Shown here in pieces: positions 49,208-62,369 of a stretch of DNA of 64,000 bases (position 1 is its first letter; each line of letters starts with the position of its first letter). Made by a program: the position numbers and the translations under genes. Under the pieces are notes generated by a model. That model was given only the letters and a program-made list of their open reading frames with translations, was not told the DNA's origin and did no database searches. Where the stretch lies: assembly GCA_030265395.1 (NCBI GenBank), contig JARFYF010000071.1, forward strand, positions 3,742,686 through 3,806,685, written 5' to 3'. Source of the stretch: Rhina ancylostomus (Eukaryota).

Positions 49208-50621
49208 AAATTTAAGATTTAAATGTTGTAGTCAAAGATTTGCATAACATATCTATAACCCATATAGTTTATTTATTTAAAGGCTCATTACCTTTGGAAA
49301 GTATTTTTGTATGCTTTGTAACATTTCACTTAAAAAATACAGAATTAGATCAGCTTTTCTGATATGATGATGAATTTTTAGTAATTATTGCAATGCGTTT
49401 TGTTTTGATTATTATAAATTTATTCATGCAATGATATTTGACCAGATATTCACTCAATTAGCTAATTCTAATTTCTCTTTATACAAACCTGGAAAGCTGA
49501 TGCTCAATTTCTATTACCAGAGTGACAGCATGACTTCGTCTTCAGTGAAATCTCAGAGTACAACACGAGTATCACATATGTCATTAGTTCTTGTGGTTAA
49601 CTAAAACCTGCCATTTTTGCTGATAATTGAGGTTCTTGTACTATGTAGAATTAGTAAGTGTAGCCATTGAGAGCAGTATGCAGTAAAGTGTTAAGTTGTC
49701 TGAATAGTTTTCAGTGGGATGAATAATTTAACTTTGCTTTCATTCACTGGACTTGTTACTGAATTGTTTTTATTTTAGAATCAAAATTACAATTTTGCAA
49801 ACTAACTTGACCTTGAATGTGGTGAAAGGATAGAGGGAAATGTCCATTGGTTTTGTTGTCGGATTTTAATACCGTGATCTGCAATGTTTCAGAGAGTCAT
49901 TCTATAAGTGATTTCCTTGCAATTCACAAATGTGTCTCACTGATTGGCACATGTGGGATCACCTTGGCAGTGGGAGGTGAATTACAGAAAATAAGATGGA
50001 TATTGAATATCTATGGCAGACTTTGGCATAATGAGAATTGCCCACCGTCTTCTTGGCTAAGGAATGTTGTCAGGAAAGGGGGAACAATGGGGGATAAAAG
50101 GATGAAAAACAGACAATTTACCCTTTCCAAGATCAAATTGAATACAAATTGTACAGGGTCAACTTTGGCAAATATCAGATTGCTATCCAATATATCCTTT
50201 AGGAGCCTGAGTGTATCAAGAATTTAATTCTGGACTATTTTACTCCAAACAGGGGTGAAGTTTGCTGCAATAATATTTTTACAGCAATATCTGGATTCTG
50301 CAGTTGCTTTCAAATGCAGTCCAAATGTAGAGGAAGTAATTAGACAGTTTTTAGGTTTGTTTTCTGTTCAAATCAGCTGAAATTTCATTTAATTCTCCAG
50401 CAGTCAGATTATCCCAAATCAACTTAGCCTTAAGTCCCAGAGCAGCTACAGGTGGCAACCAGACCTTAAACAGAATATTTTTAAATAACTTTTTGTTCAC
50501 TAGATAGCTACCATAATTGCATATTTCTAAGTGTATATCCCTGCATTTACATGGGGAACACTGAGCTCAACATGTATTCTGGGATCCAGGTTCCATTGTG
50601 CAAAACCATTCAGGATTATAA

Positions 50622-51180
50622 CACATTGATGCAATCACAAAGAAGGCACCCCAGCGGCTCTACTTTATTAGGAGTTTGAGGAGATTTGGTATGTCATCAA
50701 AGACTCTTGCAAATTTCCATAGATGTATGGGGGAGAGCATTTTGACTGGTTGCATCACAGCCTGGTACGGAGGCTCCAATGTACAAGATCGAAAGAGGCT
50801 GCAGAGGGTTGTAGACTCAACCAGCTTCATCACGGGCACAACCCTCCCCACCATCAAAGATATCTTCAAGAAGCAGTGCCTCAGGAAGGCAGCATCCATT
50901 ATTTAGGACTCTCACCATCTGGGACATGCCCTCTTCTCGTTACTACAATCAGGGAGGAGGTACAGGAGCCTGAAGACCCACACTCAACGTTTCAGGAACA
51001 GCTCCTTCCCCTCCGCCATCAGATTTCTGAACAGTCCATGAACCGACGAACTCTACCTGGTTATTCCTCTTTTACACAATTTTATTTATTTTTTGGTAAC
51101 ATTGTAATTTTTATGTCTTGCTGCAAAACAACAAATTTCACAACATATGTCAGTGATAGTAAACCTGATTCTGATTCTGA
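50622..51180 (+). mobile_element. Rex1/Babar LINE 3' fragment
   Basis: LRRFGMSSKTLANFHRCMGESILTGCITAWYGGSNVQDRKRLQRVV; ends AAACCTGATTCTGATTCTGA; highly similar to 16757-17183. Confidence 0.9.
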
Positions 51181-53644
51181 ATTATTGTTATTTTCATCTC
51201 TTCTGTTGTTGGAATATATTTCCACATTGCCACAGATCTTCTGATGTTTTGTTCAAGAGTCTCCCCACATAGTAACTTCCAACAAGATTGCACCCAGGAG
51301 GGCATCACTGCTGGACTTGTTTTCACCTAATTTCCACCCATCAGCAGGGAAAAACCAGATGTCAGTCAGTAGCAGGAAACTGGAATAATTTTTTCCTCTC
51401 TTTGCTTGGTATCCAGGTTTAGGCTGACTGGCAAAATTTTTATTGATTCGTTCATGGAATAAGGGCATTGCTGGCAAGACCAGCTTTCAATGCAGATCTC
51501 GAAATGGCCTTGAGAAGATGCTGGTGAGGCACCTTCTTTAATGCTGCAGTCTATGTGATGACTATGTATTTGAAGAGGGAGTTCCTGGCTGAGATCAATT
51601 AGTTGGCTTCAAGACAAAGTTAAGAGCCAGGATTTTTAGTTTTAATACAGCTCAGTTAAAGGCTGACTTAATCAACAAAGTCAACAGGAAACAGTTATAA
51701 TTGTATTCCATCCAGCCAAGATGTGCAAAAGTGTGAACCGTAACATTTCCTCCTGTTGGTTTTTGCTCCCTGTGGCCTGAGGAATTATCTGGCTTCACTT
51801 CAATTATTGCTTCCAAAAGGCACGTATGAATTCAGGGGAATTGGTGCTGAAACACCATCTCAGAGCTCTGGTTTACCACTTAGTATTTTCAAACATCTTA
51901 ATAGCAATTTTATAGAGTAACAATGCTAATGTGAAATATTGAACTTTATTCTTCGAACTTCCCTGGTGGCCTAGTGGATAAAATCACTGGCCAATGCAGA
52001 GTTTTATCTGTGCGGCAAGAAGGTTCAAGTTCAATTGCTAGGCTTATGCTGAGTCTGCCAACCGTAGATTTATTATAGAGATCTTGCGTTGATCCTTCGT
52101 GCTCCTGGCCTGAAGAGTGAAAGTTAGTCATGGTTCTTGCTTCTGTTATAAGCAAATAAATCCATCTGGCACACATGAATATGCGGCTCTCATTTGAGAA
52201 CAGGTTTACACTCAGTTTTTGCACCATCTGTGTTCAGGTTTGTTGCTGATGTCCACATTGTCACTTGGACAAGGCATTGGAGAATTGTCACTACTATTGG
52301 AGCTGTTCCCAGCATGAGTCAATGTCTTTAGAAAAACAGGGTAGACAATTATTCTAGCTTCATAAAGCATGATTGTCAATACATTTTAAAGAATGTATTG
52401 GTTTGAAGGAAAAATGTCCCATTTAATATTAATTATAATTACCTGCAGGCTTGTTGCTTCTGTAGGTGATGCTAATATACTTCTAAAGTAAGAAAGACGC
52501 TAAGTTTCTTCACAGCTGGTTGTTTTGAAGTGGGAATAGATGCCAAGTTGGAAAGAAAAGACTTGTCCGATAGAAAGTTTGCCTAAAGTGAGCAACTGAG
52601 AAAATACTTTTGAAGATGGAAAAGGTTGTAATTGCAAAGAAGCAGGATGGTTGTAGAGTAAGGCAAGGATTCAGTTAACTTTTCTAGCCTTTTTATTATC
52701 TTACTAACTTAAATAAATCTCTTTGTGAAGGTCTTGTATCTCTCCCAAACATCATTCTGCTGTCAAAATAAATATCTTTTCTGTATTTCCCCAACAATTA
52801 ATGTTCACATTCCTCACCTTGATGCCTCTGCTTCTTTGTCTCTGCATCATACCTATTGCAGTTCAAATTCACATGCATACTTTTGTCACTTCTAGATTTG
52901 ATTTCTGGAACTCTCTCCTCACCATTTGATTTGTTTGTAAAGACATTTGCAGGTCTATGGGGAAAGGATGAGGGAGTGAGTTTAGCCAGATTACTCTTTG
53001 CATTGGGCCAAGAGCTAAGTAGTTTCCTTCTATTGCTGAAAACTTTCTGCGATTCTACAATTCTCTCTGTTGTCTTCAGAGTCCTCAAAACTTGGGTACC
53101 TAATTTTTGCCTAGCACTGAGTTCTGCTTGTCCATCACCTAGCCATTGAAGATTTCCAGAGATACCTTTTCATTTAAACCATTACATTGAAAATTTTCAT
53201 TCACTCTGTTGAGATCCTTGCCTATCTCGCTGCACTTCACCTTTCAGTGCCCACCAACTCCTATCTTTAAAATCTCTTGAATTCTTGAGTGCTTCCCTTA
53301 TGTACATAGTCTTCAATGTGCTTGGTTCCTCTTCATCTATCTGCATTCCAACAGGAGCATTGTTAAAATGCACATTTGGAGCCATCATGTGACTTTTCCA
53401 CCTCATCTATGTTTCAAAATTTTTCTGGATGTTTTTCTATATTAATCAATACACTTGATTTCTGTTTTTGTTACTAGCTCAATTATGACAAAATCTGTCC
53501 ACCAAAATCTAATTCTATCTTTCCAGTGTCGATTCTTGAGTCTCTGTAGAATCTAACTGTTCAGCTCTTGTAAAACTTCAGGCTAACTCAAGCTTATCAT
53601 TTGTTGGGAAAATGTCAGATACTTTTGCTAAGGAAGTGTTAATT

Positions 53645-55035
53645 TGTTACATAGAAAATAGGATTAAGCAGTGTTAACATAAATTTATGAAAGAATTACT
53701 TTCACAGATCTGTTTTTTTGAGTTGTGATCAGCAGGATAAATAAGGAAACCAGTGTATGTGGTATATTTGGACTCCAGAAGCCCCTGGATAGAATGCAAC
53801 ACAGGATATTACAAACCAAAACCAGAGTGATGGAATTGGGTTAATATATTGCAGTGGAATAAGAAATGATTAACAAACAGAAAAAAGAGATAAGGGAGGC
53901 TATAAGCAGGTATGGTGGTGGGTCATTTTTGAATAGGGAGGTGGCACAGTGATTAGTGCTGGATCCCCAGTTGTTCACAATCTATATATGATTTCGATGG
54001 GGAGAGTGTAATCTATCTAAATTTGCTGATAATACAAAGCTGGGTGGCAGTTGTGAGGAGGATGCAGGGAGCCTTTAAAAGATATGGAGAGGTTATATGG
54101 ATGGATGGGGATATGCTAGATGGAGAACAATGTAGAAAAATGTGAAATTGTCCTGCTTGGAAGGAAAAATAGAAATGCAGAGTACTTTGCTTCACTTTAT
54201 TTATACAGCACGGTAACAGCCCAATGAGCCTGCGCCACCTAATTTCACCCATGTTAACCTATCTTTGGAATGTGGGAGGAAACCGGAGTACCCAGAGGAA
54301 ACCCATACAGTCACGGGGAAAATGTGCAAACTCCTTACAGACAGCGGTAGGAAATGCATCCTGATCGCTGACGCTGTAATAGCATTATGCTCACCACAAT
54401 GCTACCGCACCACCCCTAGTAGTTTTTAATGGTGAGAGATTGAAGGGTGATTGTGTTCAGAGGGTCATGGGTGTATTGTACACAAATCACTGAAAGTTAA
54501 CAAGCTGCTGCAGTAAGTATTGAGGAAGGCTAGCGGTGTGTTGCCCTTTAAGTATTTGAGTACTAAATAAAGAAGTCTTATTGCAATTGCACAGGGCTCT
54601 GATGAGACTGCATCTGGGCAGTCGGGGGGTGGGGGTGGTGGTGTGGAGATTGTTCAATGACGAATGAGCAGACTGGAACCTAGGCTTTAGAAGAATGAGA
54701 GGTAATTTCATTGAAATGTTCAAAATTCTTACAAGGCTTGACAGGGTAGATGCAGGGATTATGTTCCTCTGGCTGGGGTATCTAGAACCAGGAGTTTCAA
54801 GATAGGGAGTTGACCATTCAGGACTGAAAATTGGAGGAATTTCTTCACCTGCACGATAGCAAACATTTGGAATTCTCTATCGAAGAGGACTGTGTAGGCT
54901 CATTCACTGAGTATTTTCAAAACAGAGAATGATAGTTAACAGAATCAAGGGAAATATCAGCCTTCATCTTATTGAATGTTGGTGTGGCACAAAGGGCAGA
55001 ATGGGCTTTTCCTGCTTCCACTGCTTATGCTTTTA
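53645..55035 (+). mobile_element. Old CR1 LINE (RT to 3' UTR) interrupted by a V-SINE
   Basis: LSKFADNTKLGG at about 54013-54048; LWNSL-type motif and tail near 54865-55030. Confidence 0.8.
54198..54416 (-). mobile_element. V-SINE (HE1-like)
   Basis: Antisense V domain TCTTTGGAATGTGGGAGGAAACCGGAGTACCCAGAGGAAACCCA, nearly identical to 7850-7895. Confidence 0.88.
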
Positions 55036-55334
55036 CCAAGTACCACTGAGTGGATACACACAGCTTCAGAAAGAGCAGCAGGAAGATGTTTGTGTAGTCT
55101 TCAATTGTCCTACTTGTAGTTTGCTTCACTGGATTATGAATCCAGAATTCCCTGTCTATTTCCTCATGTACTAAATTGTTACATTACTTAAAACTGATGA
55201 TAGTGCATAGTACGTTCCTTCTGTTTGTATCAGCAGCAACTCTTATACAAATTTGTCAAGTTCCAGATTAATTAAGTAATTCAGTTTTCTGAAAGTTCTA
55301 CACTAGGATAATTGTTTTGAGCTGTACCAGAATA

Positions 55335-55790
55335 AGTAAATTGGTTTATTATTGTCACATGTACCAAGGTACAGTGGAAAACTTTGTTTTGCATGCCATC
55401 CACACAGATAATTTCATCATATCAATACATCATGGCAGTACAAGGGAAAACAATAACAGACTGCAGAATAAAGTGCTACAGAGAAAGTGCAATGCAGGCA
55501 AACAATAAGGTGCAAGACCATGATNNNNNNNNNNNNNNNNNNNNNNNNNNNNNNNNNNNNNNNNNNNNNNNNNNNNNNNNNNNNNCGTTCAGTAGTCTTA
55601 TAACAAGGTAAAAACTGTCCTTGAGCCTGATGGTACGTACTTTCAGGCTTCTGTATCTTCTGCCCGATGGGAGGGGGGAGAAGAGAGAATGTTCAGGGTG
55701 GGAGGGGTCTTTGATTACGTTGGCTGCTTTACTGAGGCAGAGAAGTGTAGGCAGAGTCCCTGGAATGGAGGCTGGTTTTCGTGATGTGAA
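55335..55790 (-). mobile_element. Rex1/Babar LINE 3' fragment with gap
   Basis: CLSKAANVIKDPSHPEHSLFSPLPSGRRYRSLKVRTIRLKDSFYLVIRLLN. Confidence 0.88.
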
Positions 55791-56234
55791 GTGCAAAGTG
55801 TTTTACAAACCTAAAATGATAGTTTCAATTTGTACCAAAATCGCTCATTGTAGTTCTAATAAGATATGAGATCTCAAATTCAATTATGGCCTCATATAAG
55901 TTAGTAATCTCAGTGAGAGGGGCCATTGTGTTATAATTATGTTCAGAAGCTGATAACTGAGGGAGTGAAAAGTTCACCTAGATTCCAGCCCTTGACTGCT
56001 ACTAAGTGATCCCTGTTGAAAGCGGTTTGGATGTTGGCTGAAAACAAAGCACATGTTTGTACTAGATTATGGAAGTGAAATTTATGCTGGCACATTGTGC
56101 ATCATTTACTTGTGTCAACTGTGCTTCCTAAATTTTACAATGCAAATCTCTCTCATGATGTAAACAAACTAATGGCAAAGAAAAACCTTGCCCAGAGAAC
56201 TTTGTCTGTCATATTTAGGGAGAAAAGAGATTAC

Positions 56235-57340
56235 AGATGCTAGAGGGCTGCAACCCACCATGGTGGAAGAACAGTGGTCTTATAGTTTATAATGGAACAA
56301 CAGATAAATCAAATGGCTCCTTTTGATGATGGGAGTTGGAGATATTTCAAAGAATGATAGCCTAGTTGAGACTGAAAGCTAACCTCTGGTAACAATGAAG
56401 GTGCAAACTGCGCATGGGGAGGTCATTACTCAGATCTGAAGTCCCTTGTGCTTTGTTGAAACTGAAATTTGGCAGTATCAGGTGAAAGGCAGATGAAAGA
56501 CATTAATGGTTTTAGACACATTGTGTGGTTTATAGAGCACAGCATAGCCAAAGTTAGGAAAGAAGAAAAGGTAACCCTAATATGAAGGCAAGTGACACAG
56601 CAACCTGGCAGTTGAGTCCAATTTAACAGTTGCTGAATCAGATGTGGCAATGTTCAAGATGATTGGAAAAAGACTGGCAGTATGCATTATTCCACGTTGT
56701 CATCCCTGAGGATCAGTATTGCTTCAAGCCTGCATGAAGAGCTGGCAGTCATTGTCTATGCCACTTGTGAGGTGGTTCTCAGCAGCAGGTCTCCTAATAC
56801 CCTGTAACATTCCTTTTCAGTGAATCAGGACCATACCGAAAAGTAGTTTCCTGTGATCAATATCAGGGTCTTACAGTATAGTTGGTAGCAACTTTGATAG
56901 TACAGATGCAGTTCCTTTCATGAGATGGTAACACCTAAAACAAACATACTGTGATTATTTCCAAAGAATCATCCAGCATATTGGTTAACTGCACATTCAT
57001 ATTGGAACCATGCCATCAGGAAATTGGGCTTCTGAGGAAACTGAGAGTTCAGATTGCTGAGTGTTTCTGTTTAACTCCCTTTGGCATAGAGACCCCAAAG
57101 TCATTGACCATTTGCTAAGGTGAAGAATGTCAGTTTGTTCTTGCGCACATAGATAAGTGGATGTCAGTGGTTGGGTGCAGAATACCTTTTGTACAATCTG
57201 GCCAGCCTGATATCCTCCCATTGCTTCATTTCCTCCAAAGAAACCAAATGGGGTAATTCTCATTTGTGACGCCAATAGCTGACATACCAGCAGTGGAAGA
57301 TTTTCTGCAACTCCAACATGCTATGTGGAAACATGAGAAA
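56235..57340 (+). pseudogene. Decayed, apparently intronless multi-Ig gene (V-C1-V-C; B7/tapasin-like)
   Basis: Across stops and frameshifts: WWKNSGLIVYN (56261), GDISKNDSL (56338), EEKVTLI*(C) (56562-56585), YSTLSSLRIS (56688), VYATCEV (56754), ILVNCTF (56978), LRKLRVQ, KNVSLFL (57123), FCTI (57187), GVILICDANS (57250). These are Ig strand B/C/E/F motifs in the expected order. Confidence 0.5.
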
Positions 57341-57479
57341 AAATTAGTGCATAGATACTGATTTTACTTAATTTGGTCCTTTAAACTTATTCTTGGATAT
57401 GCTGCATCAAGTAGACCTGAATGCTGCCATTGTGCCATGATTTTGATATCTCATTGCTATGGACTGGTATATTAGGCTT

Positions 57480-58700
57480 TTAGGTGGGAGCTCCTGTTGT
57501 CTCTACCCAAACCCCAGCAACCAAAATGTGCACAGATGTATTGGGTGTGATTCCCATCCATTTTTGGTAATCCCATCTGTGCCACAATCAAAGCTGTGAC
57601 AAAAATTGCTTTAGGCCACACCAGTGATTTTGTTGAAAGGTGGAGTGAAAAGAATTCTGCATTAGTTAAGGCTTATGTGGCAACTATACCCGTTGAATTA
57701 TCTTCAAATACAGGTATATGAATTAATATGCACTTGACATTTTGGATTTACTTTTCAGTTGGCCTGGTGAACCAAATTGCTTCTATGTCTTGTTTTTATG
57801 GAGCATTGCATTGCTTAGTCTTTAATTTAGTAGCTATGTACCTCATTGCAAAGCCTTTGATGCAGGACTGTCAATGTTAAGGGAATGTTGGAGGTGACAT
57901 TTATGGCTAGAAAGATTGACAGATTGTGCTTCTCAAAGTGACATCAAGTGGGAGACAAAACTGAGTCTTGGCAAGTCTCTTCGATGTTGTTGCATTTGTG
58001 CTTTGAGAAGGATGAATGTAATAAAAATCCTACAGCTGTAATTCAGTTAATTTTTAAAATTATGGAAAATTGTGTTATTATAGACCTTCGCACAGGGATT
58101 TTCCCAATTGGTAGAAGAGCCTTCTGAGAGACATTTCAGAATGGTCTGAAGCTTTGTTGCTCTCCTTCTGAAATTGTAGTAGGAAAGATGAACTCTTTGC
58201 TGAGTTTCCTTGCAGTTATATATTTGAACTCATGTGGACCTAAAATATTCAGCAGTGCTTTAAGGCATAAACTGGGATTTTTTGCTTGTATGGGATTCTC
58301 CCACCTGACAGCCATAACGTTGGGTAAGATCATTGGAAATCTGCTTCATGGCGCAATCCAGCTTTTTGCATAGTATGTACCCATGAGGAAGATATTGGCT
58401 TTTTCATATGACTTTTGCATAACTAATTTCACATTGCAGTTTCAATATGGAAGTGATCTGAATCATTGAGCATGGGGGTTCAAACAAAATCCATGAACAA
58501 AAGACATGGATTAGAATTTTTGGTACTTGGGTGGAGAAGGAGAAAAGCAATATTGTTACAGAATGATAGGTAGTGGACACTGTAATGGAAAGGGTTTTAG
58601 GTTGGAAGTGTCTGTGCTGACAAGGATGTCATGATTGTAAACAGTTTGAAGTGAAACCACAGCTTGAGTGGGGAAAGAAATTGGCAGTGAGAGTTCACAG
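57480..58700 (+). pseudogene. Decayed coding-like segment, possibly retroviral env-like, following the Ig relic
   Basis: One frame from about 57999 to 58632 has only 5 internal stops in about 210 codons: IIDLRTGIFP (58077), NH*AWGF...TKDMD, FWYLGGEGEKQYCYR (58518). A second open stretch reads FPSIFGNPICATIK...IPVELSS (57551-57717). The env assignment rests on motif recall only. Confidence 0.25.
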
Positions 58701-59617
58701 TGTCAAGTACTTTTGTTTTCTCCAAATGATGAGCTGAGGAAATTACAAGCAGGTAAGGCTTGATGTTACCACATGTAGCACCATAGCACAAACGTAGATA
58801 AGACTTTAAACCTATGAAGTTTAAATATTAGCCATATATAGGACCCAGCTAGTTACCTTTTGTTCTCAAGTAAATGTGTTCCTTTTATTGAAATCATTGT
58901 TTTAAGATGCCTGTGACTTTTTATCTCATTACTATTCAGCTCTGTAGAGCACTATTTTCATAATTAAAGGCAGTTGCCCTGAATTTATTATTTGTAGTAA
59001 GAACAATAAAATAGTGATTTAATCTGGTGCTAACAAAAAAAAGGAACTCAATTTGGTTTTCTATTAAGGTATTCAGAGGATGTTACATAGACTGCTGTGT
59101 GCACAGCACATCTGCTGCTATTATGATAGGCTTTATTCGTTATTATACAATTCCAACTCTATTGTTTATGTTTCTGGAGAGCCTACAGTACTCTGTAGAC
59201 AGCTGTCTGTTAAACTAATGTAAATAAATGCCAGGAGCTGTGTGTTTATATATATCTGCACAAATATATAGAATAGGTTCTTTAGAAATGCACACAATGG
59301 AATTACAATTCTGGACGTATTGGGTAAGCAGGGATAATAGTTGTGGCATTCTGTGTAAACTAAGGCTGAAACCTGATGATATTTGATTGGTTTCATATGG
59401 TGAGAAGGAAAACTAAGAAAGCAAATTTTGCCGGGTTAACTTTCTCCACCTTGGACTAAAAGCTGAAGTGGAAGTATATGGTGATGAGATTGAAGAACAC
59501 TTCAAATCAGAGCCACTCAGCAGGCAAGTTGTTGAACATCATATCCACCTACTATCTCCTCAGTGAATCAGCTCCTAGAGGCCTTTCCACATTTGGAGAG
59601 CTGAAATATCTTCTTGA

Positions 59618-60710
59618 TATAGAAGATTGGCTGACTGACAGAAGGCAAAGAGTGGGAATAAAGGTGTCCTTTTCTGGTTGGCTGCCGGTGACTAGTGGTG
59701 TTCCGTAGGGGTCAGTGTTGGGTCTGCTACTTTTCATGTTATCTATCAATGATCTGGATGATGGAATTGAGGTCTTTGTGGCCAAGTTTTCAGATGATTA
59801 AAAGATAGGTGGAGGGGTAGGTAGTGTTGCGGAAGCAGGGAGTCTGCAGAAGGACTTGGACAGGTTAGGAGAATGGGCAAAGAAGTGGCAGATGGAATAC
59901 AGCATAGGGAAGTGTATGATCATGCACTTTGGTGGAAGGAATAATATTTTCTAAACAGGGAGTGAATTCAGAAATTGAAGGTGCAAAGGGACTTGTGCAG
60001 GATTCACTAAAAGTTAACTTGCAGATTGAGTCGGTAGTAAGGAAGGCAAATGCACTTTTAGCAATCATTTCAAGAGGACGAGAATATAAAAGCAAGGATG
60101 TAATGCTGAGGCTTTTTAAGGCATTGGTCAGGCCACATATGGCGTATTGTGAGCAGTTTTGGGCCCCATATCAAAGGAAGGATGTGCTGCCGTTGAGAGG
60201 GTCCAGAGGAGGTTTACAAGAATGATCCTGGGAATGAAATGGTTAATGTATGAGGAGCGTTTGATGGCTCTGGGACTGTACTTGCTGAAGTTAAGAAGAA
60301 TGAGGGGGGATCTCACTGAAACCGACCAAATATTGAAAGACCTGGATATAGTGGATGTGGAGAGGATGTTTCCATCAGTGGGAGAGTCTAGAACCAGAGG
60401 GCACAGCCTCAGAATCAAAGGACAACCCTTTAGAACAGAGATGAGGAGGAATTTCTTTAGCCAGAGGGCGGTGAATCTGTGGACAGATTCTACAGACGGC
60501 TACAGACAGCTATGGAGGCCAAGTCATTGGGTATATTTAAAGTGGAAGTTGATAGGTCCTTGATTAATAAGAGCATCGAGGGTTATGGGGAGAAGACAGG
60601 AGGATGGGGTTGAGAGGAAAAAATAAATCAGTCATGACTGAATGGTGGAGCAGACTTGATGGGCTGATCGGCCTAATTCTACTCCTGTGTCTTATGGTCT
60701 TCTGGTCTAA
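59618..60710 (+). mobile_element. Relatively young CR1 LINE, 5'-truncated
   Basis: IEDWLTDRRQRVGI..FSGWLPVTSGVP*GSVLG, AKFSDD, LVRPHMAYCEQFWAPY, FRTEMRRNFFSQRAVNLW; tail TCTTATGGTCTTCTGGTCT. Confidence 0.93.
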
Positions 60711-61027
60711 GCAGAATTGAAGCTAATAGATATTCACCCATCATGATCTTACAGAATTAATTTCCAAATATATCATCCTATCTTCCTCCATTTGTTTAAA
60801 ACTTTGTGTAATAATGCTGTACACATATTACTGCTATTGTGGAATGTGAAGCTTATCCATTTCTGTCAATTTTTTTAAAAATGTTAGAATTCTAAGTGCG
60901 AAATAGTAAATAAAGAGAAAATGGCCAACCATATCATCTTAAATTATTTCATATCCCAAAGTAAAGCATTTTACATTTTATATCTATTTGTTCCACATGT
61001 TTCAGTCAGAAGGTGACAAAGCATAAA

Positions 61028-62365
61028 TACAAGAGACTGCAGATGCTGAAATCTGGAGCAAAAAATAAACTGCTGGAGGAGCTCAGCAAATCATACAAGT
61101 CTATGGAGGCAAAGGCATTGTTGATATTTTCAGGTCAAGACCCTGTACTAGGACTAAGAGTCTAGAGGGGAGATAGCCAGTGTACAGAGATGAAGGGGGG
61201 GAGGGGTGANNNNNNNNNNNNNNNNNNNNNNNNNNNNNNNNNNNNNNNNNNNNNNNNNNNNNNNNNNNNNNNNNNNNNNNNNNNNNNNNNNNNNNNNNNN
61301 NNNNNNNNNNNNNNNNNNNNNNNNNNNNNNNNNNNNNNNNNNNNNNNNNNNNNNNNNNNNNNNNNNNNNNNNNNNNNNNNNNNNNNNNNNNNNNNNNNNN
61401 NNNNNNNNNNNNNNNNNNNNNNNNNNNNNNNNNNAACCAGATTAAGAGAGTGATGATAGGCATATAGAGCCTATCATCTCTATATGTTGGGGGATGGGAT
61501 AGGAAAACCAGAAGATGTAGTGTGTGGGTGATAGGCAGATGAAACCAGGTCAAGGAGGGATATAGACCACATGCAGGCAGATGTTCAAATTGACATCCTT
61601 GTCAGCACAGACATTGTGAGCTGAATGGCCTGTTCCTATGCTGTGCTGTTCTATGTTCCATGAAACTGGGTGACAGGGAGTGGCAGTAATATGAGGTGCT
61701 GTTCTTCTAGTTTGTGTTTGGTCTCACCCTGACAGTGGAGAAGCCGGAGCCTGAGTGGGAATGGGAAGCAGATTTGAAATGGTATACAACTGGGGACTGG
61801 GACATCAAGATGGCCATTGCGGACAGAGCATAAGTATTTGGCAGAACAGTTGTCTAGTCTACACTTGGTGTCGCCAATGTAGAGGAAGCCATATCGAGCA
61901 CTGATTGCAGTATATCAGGTTGATGGAGGTGCATATGAATCTTTGTCTGACCTGGAAGGGCTTTTAGGGTCCCTTACTGATTGTGAGGGAGGACATGTAG
62001 GAGCAAGTGTTGCACCTCCTGCAGTTTCAGGCTAAACTGCCAGGAGATGGGGAGTAGTGGGTAGGTTTGGAATGAGTGAACCAGGGAGTCATGGAGGTTG
62101 TTGTCCCTGTGGAAAGCAGAAAGGGGTGGATAGGGGAGTTTGTGACTGGTGACAGGATTCCATTGCAGCTGGCGGAGATGACGAATGATGATGAGCTGGA
62201 TGTGAAAGTTGGTCGGGTGAAGCACGAGGACCAAGGGAATTCTGTCTCTGTGCTGACTGGCTGGGGAGAGGTAAGAGCAGAAGTCCAGGAAATGCAAGAC
62301 AGGGGCTCATCAACCACAGTCGAGGATAAACCATGTTTCCTGAAGAAGGAGGACATTTCAGCATA
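61028..62365 (-). mobile_element. Penelope-like element (RT thumb/linker, GIY-YIG region, pLTR) with a small CR1 tail inserted at about 61595-61660
   Basis: MSSFFRKHGLSSTVVD; RDRIPLVLVLHPTNFHIQ..I.RH.RQLQ..P...P.PPLSAFHRDNNLHDSLVHS are Penelope linker motifs; terminal GAGACTGCAGATGCTGAAATCTGGAGC. Confidence 0.88.
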
Positions 62366-62369
62366 GATG

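Noticed and set aside
50723-51244. 173-aa ORF
   Set aside because: Alternative frame of the Rex1/Babar fragment.
56997-57275. Minus-strand 92-aa ORF, briefly considered Harbinger transposase-like in neighbouring frames
   Set aside because: No DDE motifs; the plus strand shows the more coherent Ig motifs.
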